From Candidatus Obscuribacteraceae bacterium (lineage in GTDB: Bacteria; Cyanobacteriota; Vampirovibrionia; Obscuribacterales; Obscuribacteraceae), in assembly GCA_044229845.1 (NCBI GenBank), contig JBGASG010000002.1, forward strand, positions 448,001-512,000: DNA of 64,000 nucleotides, given 5' to 3'. The position numbers and the translations under genes were made by a program. Positions 46,835 to 56,417 of this stretch are shown here, piece by piece; within the stretch, counting starts at the first letter, position 1; each line of letters opens with the position of its first letter. The notes beneath the pieces are model-generated. The model was not told the origin of the DNA and did not search any database. It saw only the letters and a program-made list of their open reading frames with translations.

Positions 46835-48534
46835 GCGCCGGCGGAGATTACCGTGTCTTGCGGCGTGCTCATGTGGCGCTTAATCGAATCCATCATGAAA
46901 TCCCAGGAGCGCTGACGTGAGTCGAACACCGTCGGCGAGAGCGGGATGCCCATAAACCACTGCAAGAGATTATGTTTCGCCTGCGCACCATTAATGGCGT
47001 GCGGTCCGTTCTTTTCAATCAGTTCGGTGACACGCGCGTTGCCTTCGACAGCTCGGAAGTCGCGCCGGAAGTAAGCTGGAGCTTCAGTCGTCATTGGCGC
47101 GCTGCTGTTGTTGCTCTCCGCCCAGTATGGTGCCTGGCGGCGCGGCGTCGATTCGCCGGCATTTTCCAAAAGCGCTGTAAACAAGCTTCTGCCGCCATTG
47201 AGGGGCAAGACTCTGTCGTTGGTGCCATGAATTACCAGTGCATCAAGGGGATGGCGGCCCATAGCCGCGTTCATCACTTGCTCGTCAAATTTATCCATGG
47301 TGCCGTGCAAAGTAGCCAGCGTCGAGACTTCAGGCGTGTTGGCGGCGATACGGTTTGCCATCTTGCCGCCCAGAGAAAAACCGCTGACTGCATAATTGCT
47401 GGTGTTGGCCGTCGGCACGTGTTGTGAAATCACACCCATCATGTCACGGAACGCCACTTGATCGCTATACAAAGGATCCTGTTTCGTGTAACCGAAATTG
47501 GTATCGTTCCAGCTCTGCACGTCACCTGTGAGCGGCCCGTGACGACCGTTTCTTGCATGCAGATATGCCACCACGGCGCCATCTTGATCGGCGAGGCGAT
47601 TGTATTCCAGCTCGCGAATTATTCCTTGCGATCCATTTTTGGGATTCAGTCCGTGCAAGAAAGTAACCAGCGGAGCCTGCTGCCCTTGCGTGGCGCCTTC
47701 AGAGACGTAGAGGTTGAAATTCCGCGTGGCGCCTTGACTGTCATAACTGATGTTGTAGTGTCCCGGTGCCAGCGTCTCGCCGGGTTTCAGATCGGCGGCA
47801 TTGATGTTTTGCACGTCTTTAAATTGCCAGGGTCGATCGGCTTCCCAGGCTCGCGCCGCCGCTTTCGCTTCCTGCATTTCACCAAGTTTGAATCCAGCGG
47901 TGTGGAAAGCTGAGCCCATGGCCATCCAGGTGGCGGTGCCCAAAGCCAAATCGGAAAGTGATGCATTTTGACCCGTGCTGATCAACGAATTGGCTTCGGT
48001 GTTGACGGCGCCCGTGACACCATTGGCGATGGCAACGCGCGTGAGGCTGCCGGCAAAAGTTTTTTCACCGAGACTGCTCACCCCGGGCAGTCGTCCCGCC
48101 AGACGTGGACCGAATTCCAGCATGCCCATGGTGCTCAGTCCCAGACCGGTATTCCAGACTCGGGTCATACCATCTTGTCCCGGTTGCAGCGGCATCGTCA
48201 TGCCGACTAAGCCACCAGCTGTGATACTAGCAATTTTGCCTTCGGCGAGTCCGCCGATGATCGGAATTTTCTTGGCTAACACACTGACGCCCAGAAACAA
48301 TCCGGCGTCACCGACGAAGCGTCCGAATTTGCCGGCGGTCGTGAGATTTTCCTGGTAGGAGAGGTCCACATTGGCACCGGTCATCTGGCGCACGCCGTCG
48401 AAGTGGGCTCGCGGGGCGCCGCCGACTCCACTCAGGAAGTCCATGATCAGACCGTCCGAATGCGGCTCGCCGGCCTGCACTGGCTCTCCGTATGCACGCA
48501 TTTGCAGATCTTGAAAGGTTTCTTGAACTCCCAT
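46831..48534 (-). CDS. Alpha/beta-hydrolase (LpqC/PHB-depolymerase-like esterase) with a Gly-rich hydrophobic N-terminal domain
   Basis: PLVTFLHG, SGFSLGG nucleophile elbow, IHGTND and GPH; start ATG 48534 behind GAGG. Confidence 0.85.
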   Translation of the reverse strand: MGVQETFQDLQMRAYGEPVQAGEPHSDGLIMDFLSGVGGAPRAHFDGVRQMTGANVDLSYQENLTTAGKFGRFVGDAGLFLGVSVLAKKIPIIGGLAEGKIASITAGGLVGMTMPLQPGQDGMTRVWNTGLGLSTMGMLEFGPRLAGRLPGVSSLGEKTFAGSLTRVAIANGVTGAVNTEANSLISTGQNASLSDLALGTATWMAMGSAFHTAGFKLGEMQEAKAAARAWEADRPWQFKDVQNINAADLKPGETLAPGHYNISYDSQGATRNFNLYVSEGATQGQQAPLVTFLHGLNPKNGSQGIIRELEYNRLADQDGAVVAYLHARNGRHGPLTGDVQSWNDTNFGYTKQDPLYSDQVAFRDMMGVISQHVPTANTSNYAVSGFSLGGKMANRIAANTPEVSTLATLHGTMDKFDEQVMNAAMGRHPLDALVIHGTNDRVLPLNGGRSLFTALLENAGESTPRRQAPYWAESNNSSAPMTTEAPAYFRRDFRAVEGNARVTELIEKNGPHAINGAQAKHNLLQWFMGIPLSPTVFDSRQRSWDFMMDSIKRHMSTPQDTVISAGA

Positions 48535-48689
48535 GGTGTCCTCAAAGGGGTGCCACGCCACCCGTGGTTGTGGGTGTCGCTTGGTGCGGGCATGTGGGTA
48601 ACTTTCAGTATCCTCAAGCACGGGGTTATGCGCAATGGGGGTTCTCCCACACGCTGTATTTCATCCCGAAGCAGTCACAGGTTTTATGT

Positions 48690-49460
48690 TTAGCGGTAGG
48701 CGATCGTGCGCTTACGTTGCCGGTGCTGCACAACTTTATACGAGTCGCCGCTGCGACCGGCTGGCGCAGTATAGAGTGCATCGCTGCCGCCCATGACCGG
48801 CGGCGCCGGTGTATAGGCAGATCCGGCGTAGAACATTTCGTTCGCTGCGGCAGCGGCACCTGGTCCGGCTGGAATTGGAGCAACGGCGGCAATGCTCTGC
48901 CCGAAGTAGGGATTGGACTGCGTCAGCATCGCCGTTGGAATCGGCACCGTTGGCGGTGGCGGAGGCACAAGCCCGGTCGGCGGCGGTGGCGGCACCAGCC
49001 CGGAGGCAATTCTCGGTTTTCTGGGCGCGGGAGCCGGACTCTGCACGAGAGGTTGGACCGGTGAGACCTGGCTGTTGATCTGCCAGTTCGCCAGTCCACT
49101 GGCGGCATTAGGCTGGAACATCGCCGGATCGGGACGGGGCAATCCGATGGCTGCCGGAATTGGCGCGGTCAGCATGGGCGGGAGAGCGGCTGCCACCGCC
49201 ACCTGTTTGGGCGCAGCCGGGGCGGCAACCACAAAGTCATCGGACTGAATCCTCTGAGCGGTCGCCCGCATGTCCGCTTCGCGATTGACGGACTGGCAGA
49301 CCAGAAGAGCGATCCAGGTGGAGAGCAAGGCTGAAAGATAAATTCCGGGATGGACGGTCAAAATTCGCTTGGTCAAGGACCAAACTGCATCAAACGACAG
49401 CAGCTGTACATTTCCAGCCACCAAAAGAAACCTGTCTGCAACCGATCCGACTAGCGGCAT
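48690..49460 (-). CDS. Pro-rich single-pass membrane hypothetical protein
   Basis: One TM (GIYLSALLSTWIALLVC) and duplicated GLVPPPPPT. Confidence 0.65.
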   Translation of the reverse strand: MPLVGSVADRFLLVAGNVQLLSFDAVWSLTKRILTVHPGIYLSALLSTWIALLVCQSVNREADMRATAQRIQSDDFVVAAPAAPKQVAVAAALPPMLTAPIPAAIGLPRPDPAMFQPNAASGLANWQINSQVSPVQPLVQSPAPAPRKPRIASGLVPPPPPTGLVPPPPPTVPIPTAMLTQSNPYFGQSIAAVAPIPAGPGAAAAANEMFYAGSAYTPAPPVMGGSDALYTAPAGRSGDSYKVVQHRQRKRTIAYR

Positions 49461-49702
49461 TTCCGTATCCCGAGAAACCAGTTAATTCTACTGGAGTAGC
49501 CACTTTCCGACGTTTCAGTGAGACAATATTTAGCACACAAATTTGCGCATCAGACGCCAGCGGCGGCTTTCAAGACTTAGCGGCGCGAGATTTGGGAGGC
49601 TTTTGGGGCAGGCCGGAAGCACACGCCTTTTCGCCTGAAACCTTGGCAAGCGCGACTTTTGAAGCCAGTCCGGGAATGATACGTTAAACCGGTACATATA
49701 AC

Positions 49703-49731
49703 TTGACAACGAAGGTCTGAGAGCCGAGAAT
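49703..49731 (+). promoter_or_regulatory. Putative sigma70 promoter upstream of the papain-like gene
   Basis: TTGACA-N17-GAGAAT. Confidence 0.45.
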
Positions 49732-49832
49732 TACCCTACCCACGCCCTCCTGGTCTACATAAGCTCGCTTACCAACCGTCATGCCCCCGGCGCATTTGCA
49801 GCGCTTTAATCCAGACGAGCAATTACTAGAAA

Positions 49833-51614
49833 ATGACTGAACCAGCATCCGACGCACCAGCAGCGAAACCGGCAGTAGTTAAAGACGGAGGCGATGCGCC
49901 GCCCGTCCAAGAGGTGGTTGCAGATACCTCTCGCGGTGGACTGTCATCCAACTCACTGGAGCCCGGCGACAGAGAACGCCTGGCCTCGCTGAGCGCCAGA
50001 CCGACAGACATCAAATTGCCCACCGACGGCAAGCTAAATCTGGGCGAGCCCGATCCGTTTGCGTCGGTCGAGCGTGGCGGAATGGCCATGGCGGCCAGAC
50101 CCGGGGAGAAACGCAACCCGACCACCGGCGCGCCCGAAGGACCCAAACCTGAGTTCAAAACCACCGCCGAACAGGTCAACAACATCCCAACCGGCGACGG
50201 AAAAGTCACAGAGCGGAAGCTGGTGAATGAGAATCGTTCGTTGGAAGGAAAATCGCCTGACGAAATCAAGGCCGCTTTTTCTGCTGAACGCGAGCGCCTG
50301 CTCAAAGACGTTTCTCCAGACAAATTGCAGTCAACCAAAGACGCAATGGCCGCTCTGGAAGATCCAAACCGTAAGCCTCCACTGTCGCAAGCCGAACTGG
50401 CTCGCATTTATAAAGCCACAAGCGATCTGATTGAAGGCAAAGACGGCAAGCAGCCACCTGTATTAAATGATCAGCAACGCCAATTGATGGCCGCCGGCAT
50501 TTTAGACAACGTCGCACATACAAAGGATATCGACCAGGGTTTCAACTCCACGTGCCAAGTCACCGCTATGGAAGAAAACATGGCGACCAAAGACGCGGCA
50601 GCTTACGCCGAGATGATGTCGGACCTGGGACGAAACATGCAGGCTGCCGGAAAGTTGCACGGACGCGACGTTGTGTCGTGGCAAGCACCGAACGGCCAGA
50701 CCGTCATTATGGACAAGCAGAGCGTCATGCCCGACCGCGAAGCTCTCAACGGTCAAGTTGACGGGCAACGCAACTACTCCAGCCAGATGTTCGACAATAT
50801 GATCGTCAACCAGTTCTGGCAGAGCAAAGCGCCTGGCTCACTCTATCTCAAGGACAGCCCCTCTCAACCTGGCGACACAGGCGAGCGGCTGCTCGATTCG
50901 CAAGGCAACGTCAGAGGTGACTCTCCAGGACTCGTTGCCACCCAATTGGCAGAGATGGGTCGCAACCTCGGCTTGGGCAGCAAAGACAAGCCATTCATGA
51001 TTACTAACGCCAACGACGGCAGCTACAACACAGACGGCGTCGCCCGCGTGGGCTCAGAAGCAGATCTGCAGAAGGTCCTCGACCAGGCCGATGCAAACGG
51101 CGGCTACCCGCTCATGATCATGGTGCACACCGGACATGCGATGTTCCGGGGCACCGAAAATATGGGTGGTGCCGGCGGCTGGCACATGGTCAGCATCACC
51201 GGCAAAAACCCGGACGGCACTTACCGTATGTCCAACCAGTGGGGTTCCGGTCAAGACCAGAACGTCAAAGTCGGCGACCTCTATCAAGCCACACGCGGAC
51301 CCGAACAGGGCGCAGAAGGCTACACCGGTCGCGGCACCAATCCGAACGGCGGTGGCGGCGGCAGCGACGGCGGCAACAATGGTGGCAACGGAAACGGCAA
51401 CAACAGCCACAAGGAAGGCATGTTGCCTGAGAAAGAAAACAAAGAGAAGGAGATGGCCAAGACCGGCAAAGAAGCCGACGAAGCCGCTCAACGTCAAATC
51501 GACGCCATCAAGGCCAAAATTGCCTCCCTCAAAGGACAAGCCGGTCACGAAGCCGAAATCATGAGCCTGGAAGGACAGATCACCATCCTGAGCAGCCAAG
51601 CGTACAGAAACTAA
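49833..51614 (+). CDS. Putative papain-fold cysteine peptidase
   Basis: IDQGFNSTC (Gln...Cys), GGWHMVSITG (His) and YRMSNQWG (Asn-x-Trp-Gly) in the canonical order. Confidence 0.7.
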   Translation: MTEPASDAPAAKPAVVKDGGDAPPVQEVVADTSRGGLSSNSLEPGDRERLASLSARPTDIKLPTDGKLNLGEPDPFASVERGGMAMAARPGEKRNPTTGAPEGPKPEFKTTAEQVNNIPTGDGKVTERKLVNENRSLEGKSPDEIKAAFSAERERLLKDVSPDKLQSTKDAMAALEDPNRKPPLSQAELARIYKATSDLIEGKDGKQPPVLNDQQRQLMAAGILDNVAHTKDIDQGFNSTCQVTAMEENMATKDAAAYAEMMSDLGRNMQAAGKLHGRDVVSWQAPNGQTVIMDKQSVMPDREALNGQVDGQRNYSSQMFDNMIVNQFWQSKAPGSLYLKDSPSQPGDTGERLLDSQGNVRGDSPGLVATQLAEMGRNLGLGSKDKPFMITNANDGSYNTDGVARVGSEADLQKVLDQADANGGYPLMIMVHTGHAMFRGTENMGGAGGWHMVSITGKNPDGTYRMSNQWGSGQDQNVKVGDLYQATRGPEQGAEGYTGRGTNPNGGGGGSDGGNNGGNGNGNNSHKEGMLPEKENKEKEMAKTGKEADEAAQRQIDAIKAKIASLKGQAGHEAEIMSLEGQITILSSQAYRN

Positions 51615-51638
51615 AGTGCGCTCCTGTAAAATCAGTTT

Positions 51639-52241
51639 GTGATTGTCACTGAATTCGGCCCCATAGCTCAAATAGAGTTGCCGCAGCATTGGCAGGAAAA
51701 ACCTGCCAGAGTTACGGACATGCCGATGCGCTGGCAGCGCAGCTTTGCCCCTCCAGGAATGAAAGAAATTGAGATGTCTCTTTTCTTTCGGGGGCGCAAA
51801 CTGGATGCCGCTGCTGCCAAAGCGTTCAAATCTGTGCTCAAGAAACCATCCCATCCTCTAAAGGAACAGGAATTCAAGGACCTGAGCCGAGTCATGCTGA
51901 ACATGGGTGACAATCAATACGTTGATGCCGAGTTGCGAGGCAGTCGCCCTCCCAACTGCATCATTCAGATGGCTGAAACAGGCTCCATCAACGGCAAGTC
52001 TGTACTGGTGGTTCAGGGGACATTCCAGAACAGCAACAGCGAGCCTATCAACGAGTGCTGCAATGTGTTCGTGGACGGCGAAGGCACCGGAGAGTATGTT
52101 TTCGAGGTTTACATCGTGGTGCCGGCAAAGCTGGGTGCCAGTATCTTCCAGCAACAGCTTGGACTGTTTCGCGGTTCGATTGCCACTATCGAATGGGCAG
52201 ACAGCTTGTTCTTGCCACCATTGATCAACTTCGGCATCTAA
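51639..52241 (+). CDS. Hypothetical protein (partner of the upstream peptidase; possible PsbP/DcrB-like fold)
   Basis: 24 bp downstream of the peptidase on the same strand; IELPQHW, INGKSVLVV and terminal SIATIEW pattern. Confidence 0.65.
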   Translation: MIVTEFGPIAQIELPQHWQEKPARVTDMPMRWQRSFAPPGMKEIEMSLFFRGRKLDAAAAKAFKSVLKKPSHPLKEQEFKDLSRVMLNMGDNQYVDAELRGSRPPNCIIQMAETGSINGKSVLVVQGTFQNSNSEPINECCNVFVDGEGTGEYVFEVYIVVPAKLGASIFQQQLGLFRGSIATIEWADSLFLPPLINFGI

Positions 52242-52367
52242 TTACATGATGCTCGCGCAAGCTACGCCTCTGTCGTGATGGGGCAGAGGTGGGACTTCCA
52301 CGATTGACGCTGCGCCTGCTTCGTTGCTTAATAGGCGCAGGGCAAAGGCTATCGGCTCTTCACCACA

Positions 52368-53309
52368 GTGGAGTCGCAAATGCCCCCTTTAGATGGTTAT
52401 CAATACGCAGGCGAATCCGAAACCGGTCGCCCAGGAAGTCCCAGTTCAACGCGAGTCAATCCTGACGTCGATGCATATTTGCAGTGTGTCGGTGATGGAT
52501 GGGGACCGCGCGGAACAGTGCCACCCCCACCTGTGCCGCAACCATACGTGTCTGAGCCTTACATACCTCAGCCCTACGTGCCGCGTCCGTCGGTAAAGCC
52601 ACCTCAATTCGATCCCCACGGACCGGAAAGATATATTCCGCCACGCGTCGTTCGTCCAAATCCGCGCATTCAATATCCCAGTCCCGTTCCCGGCGAGACT
52701 TATCCCGTCATGCCCGAACCAGGTGGCTGCCCGACTGTGCGGTATCCCCGCAACGTCAGACCATCGGACTATCCACCCGGCTCTTATCCACCCGGTCCTT
52801 ATCCAACCACGGACTACTATCCGCCCGGTCCAACCATTCCCGGCGGCTGTCCGACGGACTACTATCCGCCCGGTCCAACCATTCCCGGCGGCTGTCCGAC
52901 GGACTATTATCCGCCCGGTCCAACCATTCCCGGCGGCTGTCCATCGGACTACTACCCGCCAGGCACCTATTATCCCGGCGGTCGATATCCCGGACGCTAT
53001 CCGCAAACGCCCGGACTAAACATTCGTGTCCCTGGAATTGGCAATATTGGCATTCCCATCGGTGGTGGCGGCGGCTGCCATCCCGGCGGCGGCGGGTTTT
53101 ATCCTGGCGGCGGGTTCTATCCCGGTGGCGGTGGATTCTATCCGGGCGGCGGTGGCATCAGCATCGGCAATCGCAACCTGCAGATTCGCATACCGACAGG
53201 CGGCAGCGGCATCCACTTCAATAGCGGTCACTCGCAAATTCGCTATCCGCACCAGAACGGCTTGCGCACGCAGATTCGCTATCCGCACAGATCATCGTGC
53301 CACCGCTAA
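52368..53309 (+). CDS. Pro/Gly/Tyr/Cys-rich repeat protein (start may be ATG 52380)
   Basis: (TDYYPPGPTIPGGCP)x3, (GGGFYPG)x3 and (QIRYPH)x2; differences among the three full copies are synonymous third-position changes, supporting coding in this frame. Confidence 0.75.
   Translation: MESQMPPLDGYQYAGESETGRPGSPSSTRVNPDVDAYLQCVGDGWGPRGTVPPPPVPQPYVSEPYIPQPYVPRPSVKPPQFDPHGPERYIPPRVVRPNPRIQYPSPVPGETYPVMPEPGGCPTVRYPRNVRPSDYPPGSYPPGPYPTTDYYPPGPTIPGGCPTDYYPPGPTIPGGCPTDYYPPGPTIPGGCPSDYYPPGTYYPGGRYPGRYPQTPGLNIRVPGIGNIGIPIGGGGGCHPGGGGFYPGGGFYPGGGGFYPGGGGISIGNRNLQIRIPTGGSGIHFNSGHSQIRYPHQNGLRTQIRYPHRSSCHR
52809..52960 (+). repeat. 45-bp tandem repeat, 3 full copies plus a partial copy
   Basis: Units start at 52809, 52854, 52899 and 52944. 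Confidence 0.95.
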
Positions 53310-53336
53310 CGGTGGCGCGTTTACAAACCACAAAAA

Positions 53337-55064
53337 CTAGTTGCGAATGCGCTTCAGCGACTTCGGCTGCTTTAAGACCGGCTTGGGCGGCTCGGGAGGA
53401 GGCGTCTCGATGACGGGCGGCGGTTTGTCCTTCAACTGCTCGAGTTCTTGAGTGCGCGCCTTCAGCTCTGACTCGAGCTGACCAACGCGACCACTCAGCT
53501 GCTCGACCTTGCCGACCAGGAGTTCAACCAGCTTCACCAGATCGCTGACCGATCGCATGTTGGCCGGCATCGACTGAATTCGCTCAGCCACCGCGACTTC
53601 CAGTGCGCTGCCTTTATGCTGGTGACTTTCCATCATCACCAACCCGTTGTCACCGCCATTTTCCTCGGGACTTTCGGAGGTTTCTTTGGCAGGCGTGGCT
53701 TCGGTGTTCTTGTTCTTGAGCATCTCTTCCAGCGCTTCGAGACCGGGATCCGGTGTGGCTCCGGCAGCCATCGCTGCAGCAGCCTCGGCGTCGGTCATGG
53801 GCAATTCACCGGCTTCCGGAGTGAGGTTGTCCTCGAAGGAAATTGAAGATTCCGGGGCGGGAGGCGGCGCTTCGGCAGGAATTTCCGCAGGCGCTTCGGC
53901 AGGAATTTCCGCAGGCGCTTCGGCAGGAATTTCCGCAGGCGGGGGAGGCAGCGCATCTTCGGACACAGGCGGCTCTTCAGGTGCCGGCGTCTCCACATCT
54001 AGCACAGGTGGTGCGTCTTCGGGCGCTGGGGTTTCCGCTTCTGCCGCAGATTTTTCCTCAGCAGTGGGCGCAGTTTCTGCTTTGGCTGCCTGAGCCGCCG
54101 GCGCGCTCTTCGCCGGTTTCTGACCGTCTGCCCCAACGCCCTGATCGCCGCGGAAAAGGCCCAGAGCTTCCGCACGTTCTTCCGGCGTTCCTTTGACCTC
54201 GGCGAAGGCCTCATCGAATGTCAAATCAGAGGCATGAATGCGCCGCAGCAGTTCGGCGGCTTCCAGCGGTGTCAACTCGCCGCTGGTAATCAGCTTTTGC
54301 GCTCGCAAGCCCTGTTCGAGCGTGGAGCGCGTCACCTTGTGCGTGCGCACAAGAGTTTCTCCAATTGGCTCGTCAGTGAAAAGACTGCGTTCAACTGCTT
54401 CCAGAAGATCCAGCTCGCTGACTTGCCGAGCCAGAACCAGCAACTCCCCGATGCGCAATGTGTGCATCGGTTGAATGCGTAGATAATTCGAGTAGTCGGA
54501 TGGCGAATCGGTCGAGGCGCGCTTACTGGCTGCCTTTTTCAGGGCATCGATTGCTTGCTCGCGGCTCAGCAATCCATCACGCAGCATCATCTGAGTCGTG
54601 ATTGCCGTATAGGCAAGGTGGTTGCTGATTACGCCTTTGAGCACAAGGATCCGCGCCATGGGCAAGCCGGTCGTGTAGAAAGCTTCCAGGGCCTCTTCCA
54701 GCACCGGTTGTGTAACCATCTGCGCGTCCAGAAGCAACTGCCCCAGACGATTGGTCAGCTCATAGCTTTCGGACTTCCAGCCCAGCTCTTCCAGGGCTTC
54801 ATACAGCGTCGTGCCGTCGATGCGCACCTTGCGCATAGCTTGTAGCGCCATGTCGTTGCTCAACAGGCGATCGCGCAACAAAGATTGGGCGAAGAGCGTG
54901 GCTTGCAATTCGGCGTCCGAGATTGATTTAGAACCAACCAGCACACGCCCTACTGGCAATCCGGTCTTGGCGGCGATCGGCAGCGCGTCCGCTACTTCCT
55001 CAAACGAAGCAAAGCCCGCCTGGACCAACAAGTCTCCGATAAAAATGTCGCCTTTATTGACCAT
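53337..55064 (-). CDS. Triple MshEN-like repeat protein with an acidic Pro-rich linker and C-terminal coiled coil
   Basis: FIGDLLVQAG..., RLGQLLLDAQ... and RIGELLVLAR..., each followed by a second half-motif ending in Q. Confidence 0.75.
   Translation of the reverse strand: MVNKGDIFIGDLLVQAGFASFEEVADALPIAAKTGLPVGRVLVGSKSISDAELQATLFAQSLLRDRLLSNDMALQAMRKVRIDGTTLYEALEELGWKSESYELTNRLGQLLLDAQMVTQPVLEEALEAFYTTGLPMARILVLKGVISNHLAYTAITTQMMLRDGLLSREQAIDALKKAASKRASTDSPSDYSNYLRIQPMHTLRIGELLVLARQVSELDLLEAVERSLFTDEPIGETLVRTHKVTRSTLEQGLRAQKLITSGELTPLEAAELLRRIHASDLTFDEAFAEVKGTPEERAEALGLFRGDQGVGADGQKPAKSAPAAQAAKAETAPTAEEKSAAEAETPAPEDAPPVLDVETPAPEEPPVSEDALPPPPAEIPAEAPAEIPAEAPAEIPAEAPPPAPESSISFEDNLTPEAGELPMTDAEAAAAMAAGATPDPGLEALEEMLKNKNTEATPAKETSESPEENGGDNGLVMMESHQHKGSALEVAVAERIQSMPANMRSVSDLVKLVELLVGKVEQLSGRVGQLESELKARTQELEQLKDKPPPVIETPPPEPPKPVLKQPKSLKRIRN
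53866..53937. repeat. 24-bp perfect tandem repeat x3 (encodes PAEIPAEA)
   Basis: GGCGCTTCGGCAGGAATTTCCGCA at 53866, 53890 and 53914. Confidence 0.95.
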
Positions 55065-55214
55065 ATTATTCGTCTAAGACCGAGCGTCTAACGCTAATCT
55101 ACCCGACAGAACATGAAGATATACTGCTGACAAGATTCTTGTAACCGGGTTAAACATCCAGGCAGAATTGGCACAAACATTATGTAGTGGACACTTCAGG
55201 CAGGACTCTCTGGC

Positions 55215-56417
55215 ATGTGGCGGCGCCTGGCATCAGTCCTTGTTTTGACTTTATTGGTCGGTTGGGCCTGGGTCCCGTCCGTCCACGCCGGGTCGGACGG
55301 CGCCGTTGTCACCATGGAATCCAACCGCCTGCAGCCGGGAATCGACCTCTATTCCTCGCGCAGCTACAATGCCGCAGCACAGTATTTTGAAAAATCAGTG
55401 CGCGCCGATCCCCGCAATCCCACAGCCTATTACTACTCAGCAATGTGTTTCTCCCAACTCGGTCAAAACGATCGAGCCCGGGAAACCTATGAGTTGATTG
55501 TCAAATACTTCCCGGGCAGCCCGGAAGCCAAAAACGCCGGTATTGCCCTGCGCGGCATGCCGAGCGCCACTCCCGCCGCTGACACCGCTACTGGTGCCAA
55601 GAAAAGCGGCATCGCAAATGGTGGCAATGACCATCCAGGCGATGTTCTGCCAGATTCGGACGCCGTTCCGTTCACGCGGGTGGGCGGCACGATATATGTC
55701 AATGCCATCGTCAATGGCCGCCCGATCCGGATGATTTTTGACACCGGCGCCGATCATGTGCAGATCGGTCTCAATCACATCAGCACACTGCAAGCCGCAG
55801 CTCAAGCCGGTCGACAAACAAAGGTGCAGGGCGTGGGCGGATTGTCGGATGTCTCGGAAGCCAACGCGCAGATCACACTTGGAAAAATCACGCGCACCTG
55901 CCCCATTTTGATTCAGGATAAGATGCGGACAGAGCCTCTGCTCGGACAGACGTTTTTTCAGCAGTACCTGTGCCAGTTCGACAACGGGGCCGGTTTGATT
56001 CGCTTCTACAGGCGCAGTTCCGCTCGCGACTACAATGCAGGCTATGACACAATAGAAGTGCCCTACTCGCAAAGCGGCAACAATTTGGTCGTATACCCGA
56101 AAATCATGGTCGGCGGCGAAACGTACACAGTGCCGATGTTTCTTGATACCGGCGCCGAGCGCACAATGATCTCGCGACTGATGTTGCCCGTCTCCATTCC
56201 TCAGGACGCCAGATTATACCGAGTGAGCGGCATCAGCGGCAGCGAGACTGTCGTCGAGGTGCCAGTCCAAAAGCTGGAGCTGGGCACCATCAGCAAGGTC
56301 GGCATGAAGGTTTTGATGTCGGGCGGCATGATCAATCTGCTCGGGCAAGACTTTTTCGGCGACCGCAAATACACCGTCGATCCGGAGAAGAAAGTAATCA
56401 GATTCAGCAGAAACTAG
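55215..56417 (+). CDS. Exported TPR plus tandem retropepsin-like aspartyl protease
   Basis: Signal peptide, N-terminal TPR, MIFDTGA...LLGQTF and MFLDTGA...LLGQDF. Confidence 0.88.
   Translation: MWRRLASVLVLTLLVGWAWVPSVHAGSDGAVVTMESNRLQPGIDLYSSRSYNAAAQYFEKSVRADPRNPTAYYYSAMCFSQLGQNDRARETYELIVKYFPGSPEAKNAGIALRGMPSATPAADTATGAKKSGIANGGNDHPGDVLPDSDAVPFTRVGGTIYVNAIVNGRPIRMIFDTGADHVQIGLNHISTLQAAAQAGRQTKVQGVGGLSDVSEANAQITLGKITRTCPILIQDKMRTEPLLGQTFFQQYLCQFDNGAGLIRFYRRSSARDYNAGYDTIEVPYSQSGNNLVVYPKIMVGGETYTVPMFLDTGAERTMISRLMLPVSIPQDARLYRVSGISGSETVVEVPVQKLELGTISKVGMKVLMSGGMINLLGQDFFGDRKYTVDPEKKVIRFSRN

Noticed and set aside
52809..52960. CRISPR-like or non-coding repeat
   Set aside because: The 45-bp unit is a multiple of 3, has no spacers, and the full copies differ only at synonymous positions of the plus-strand ORF.
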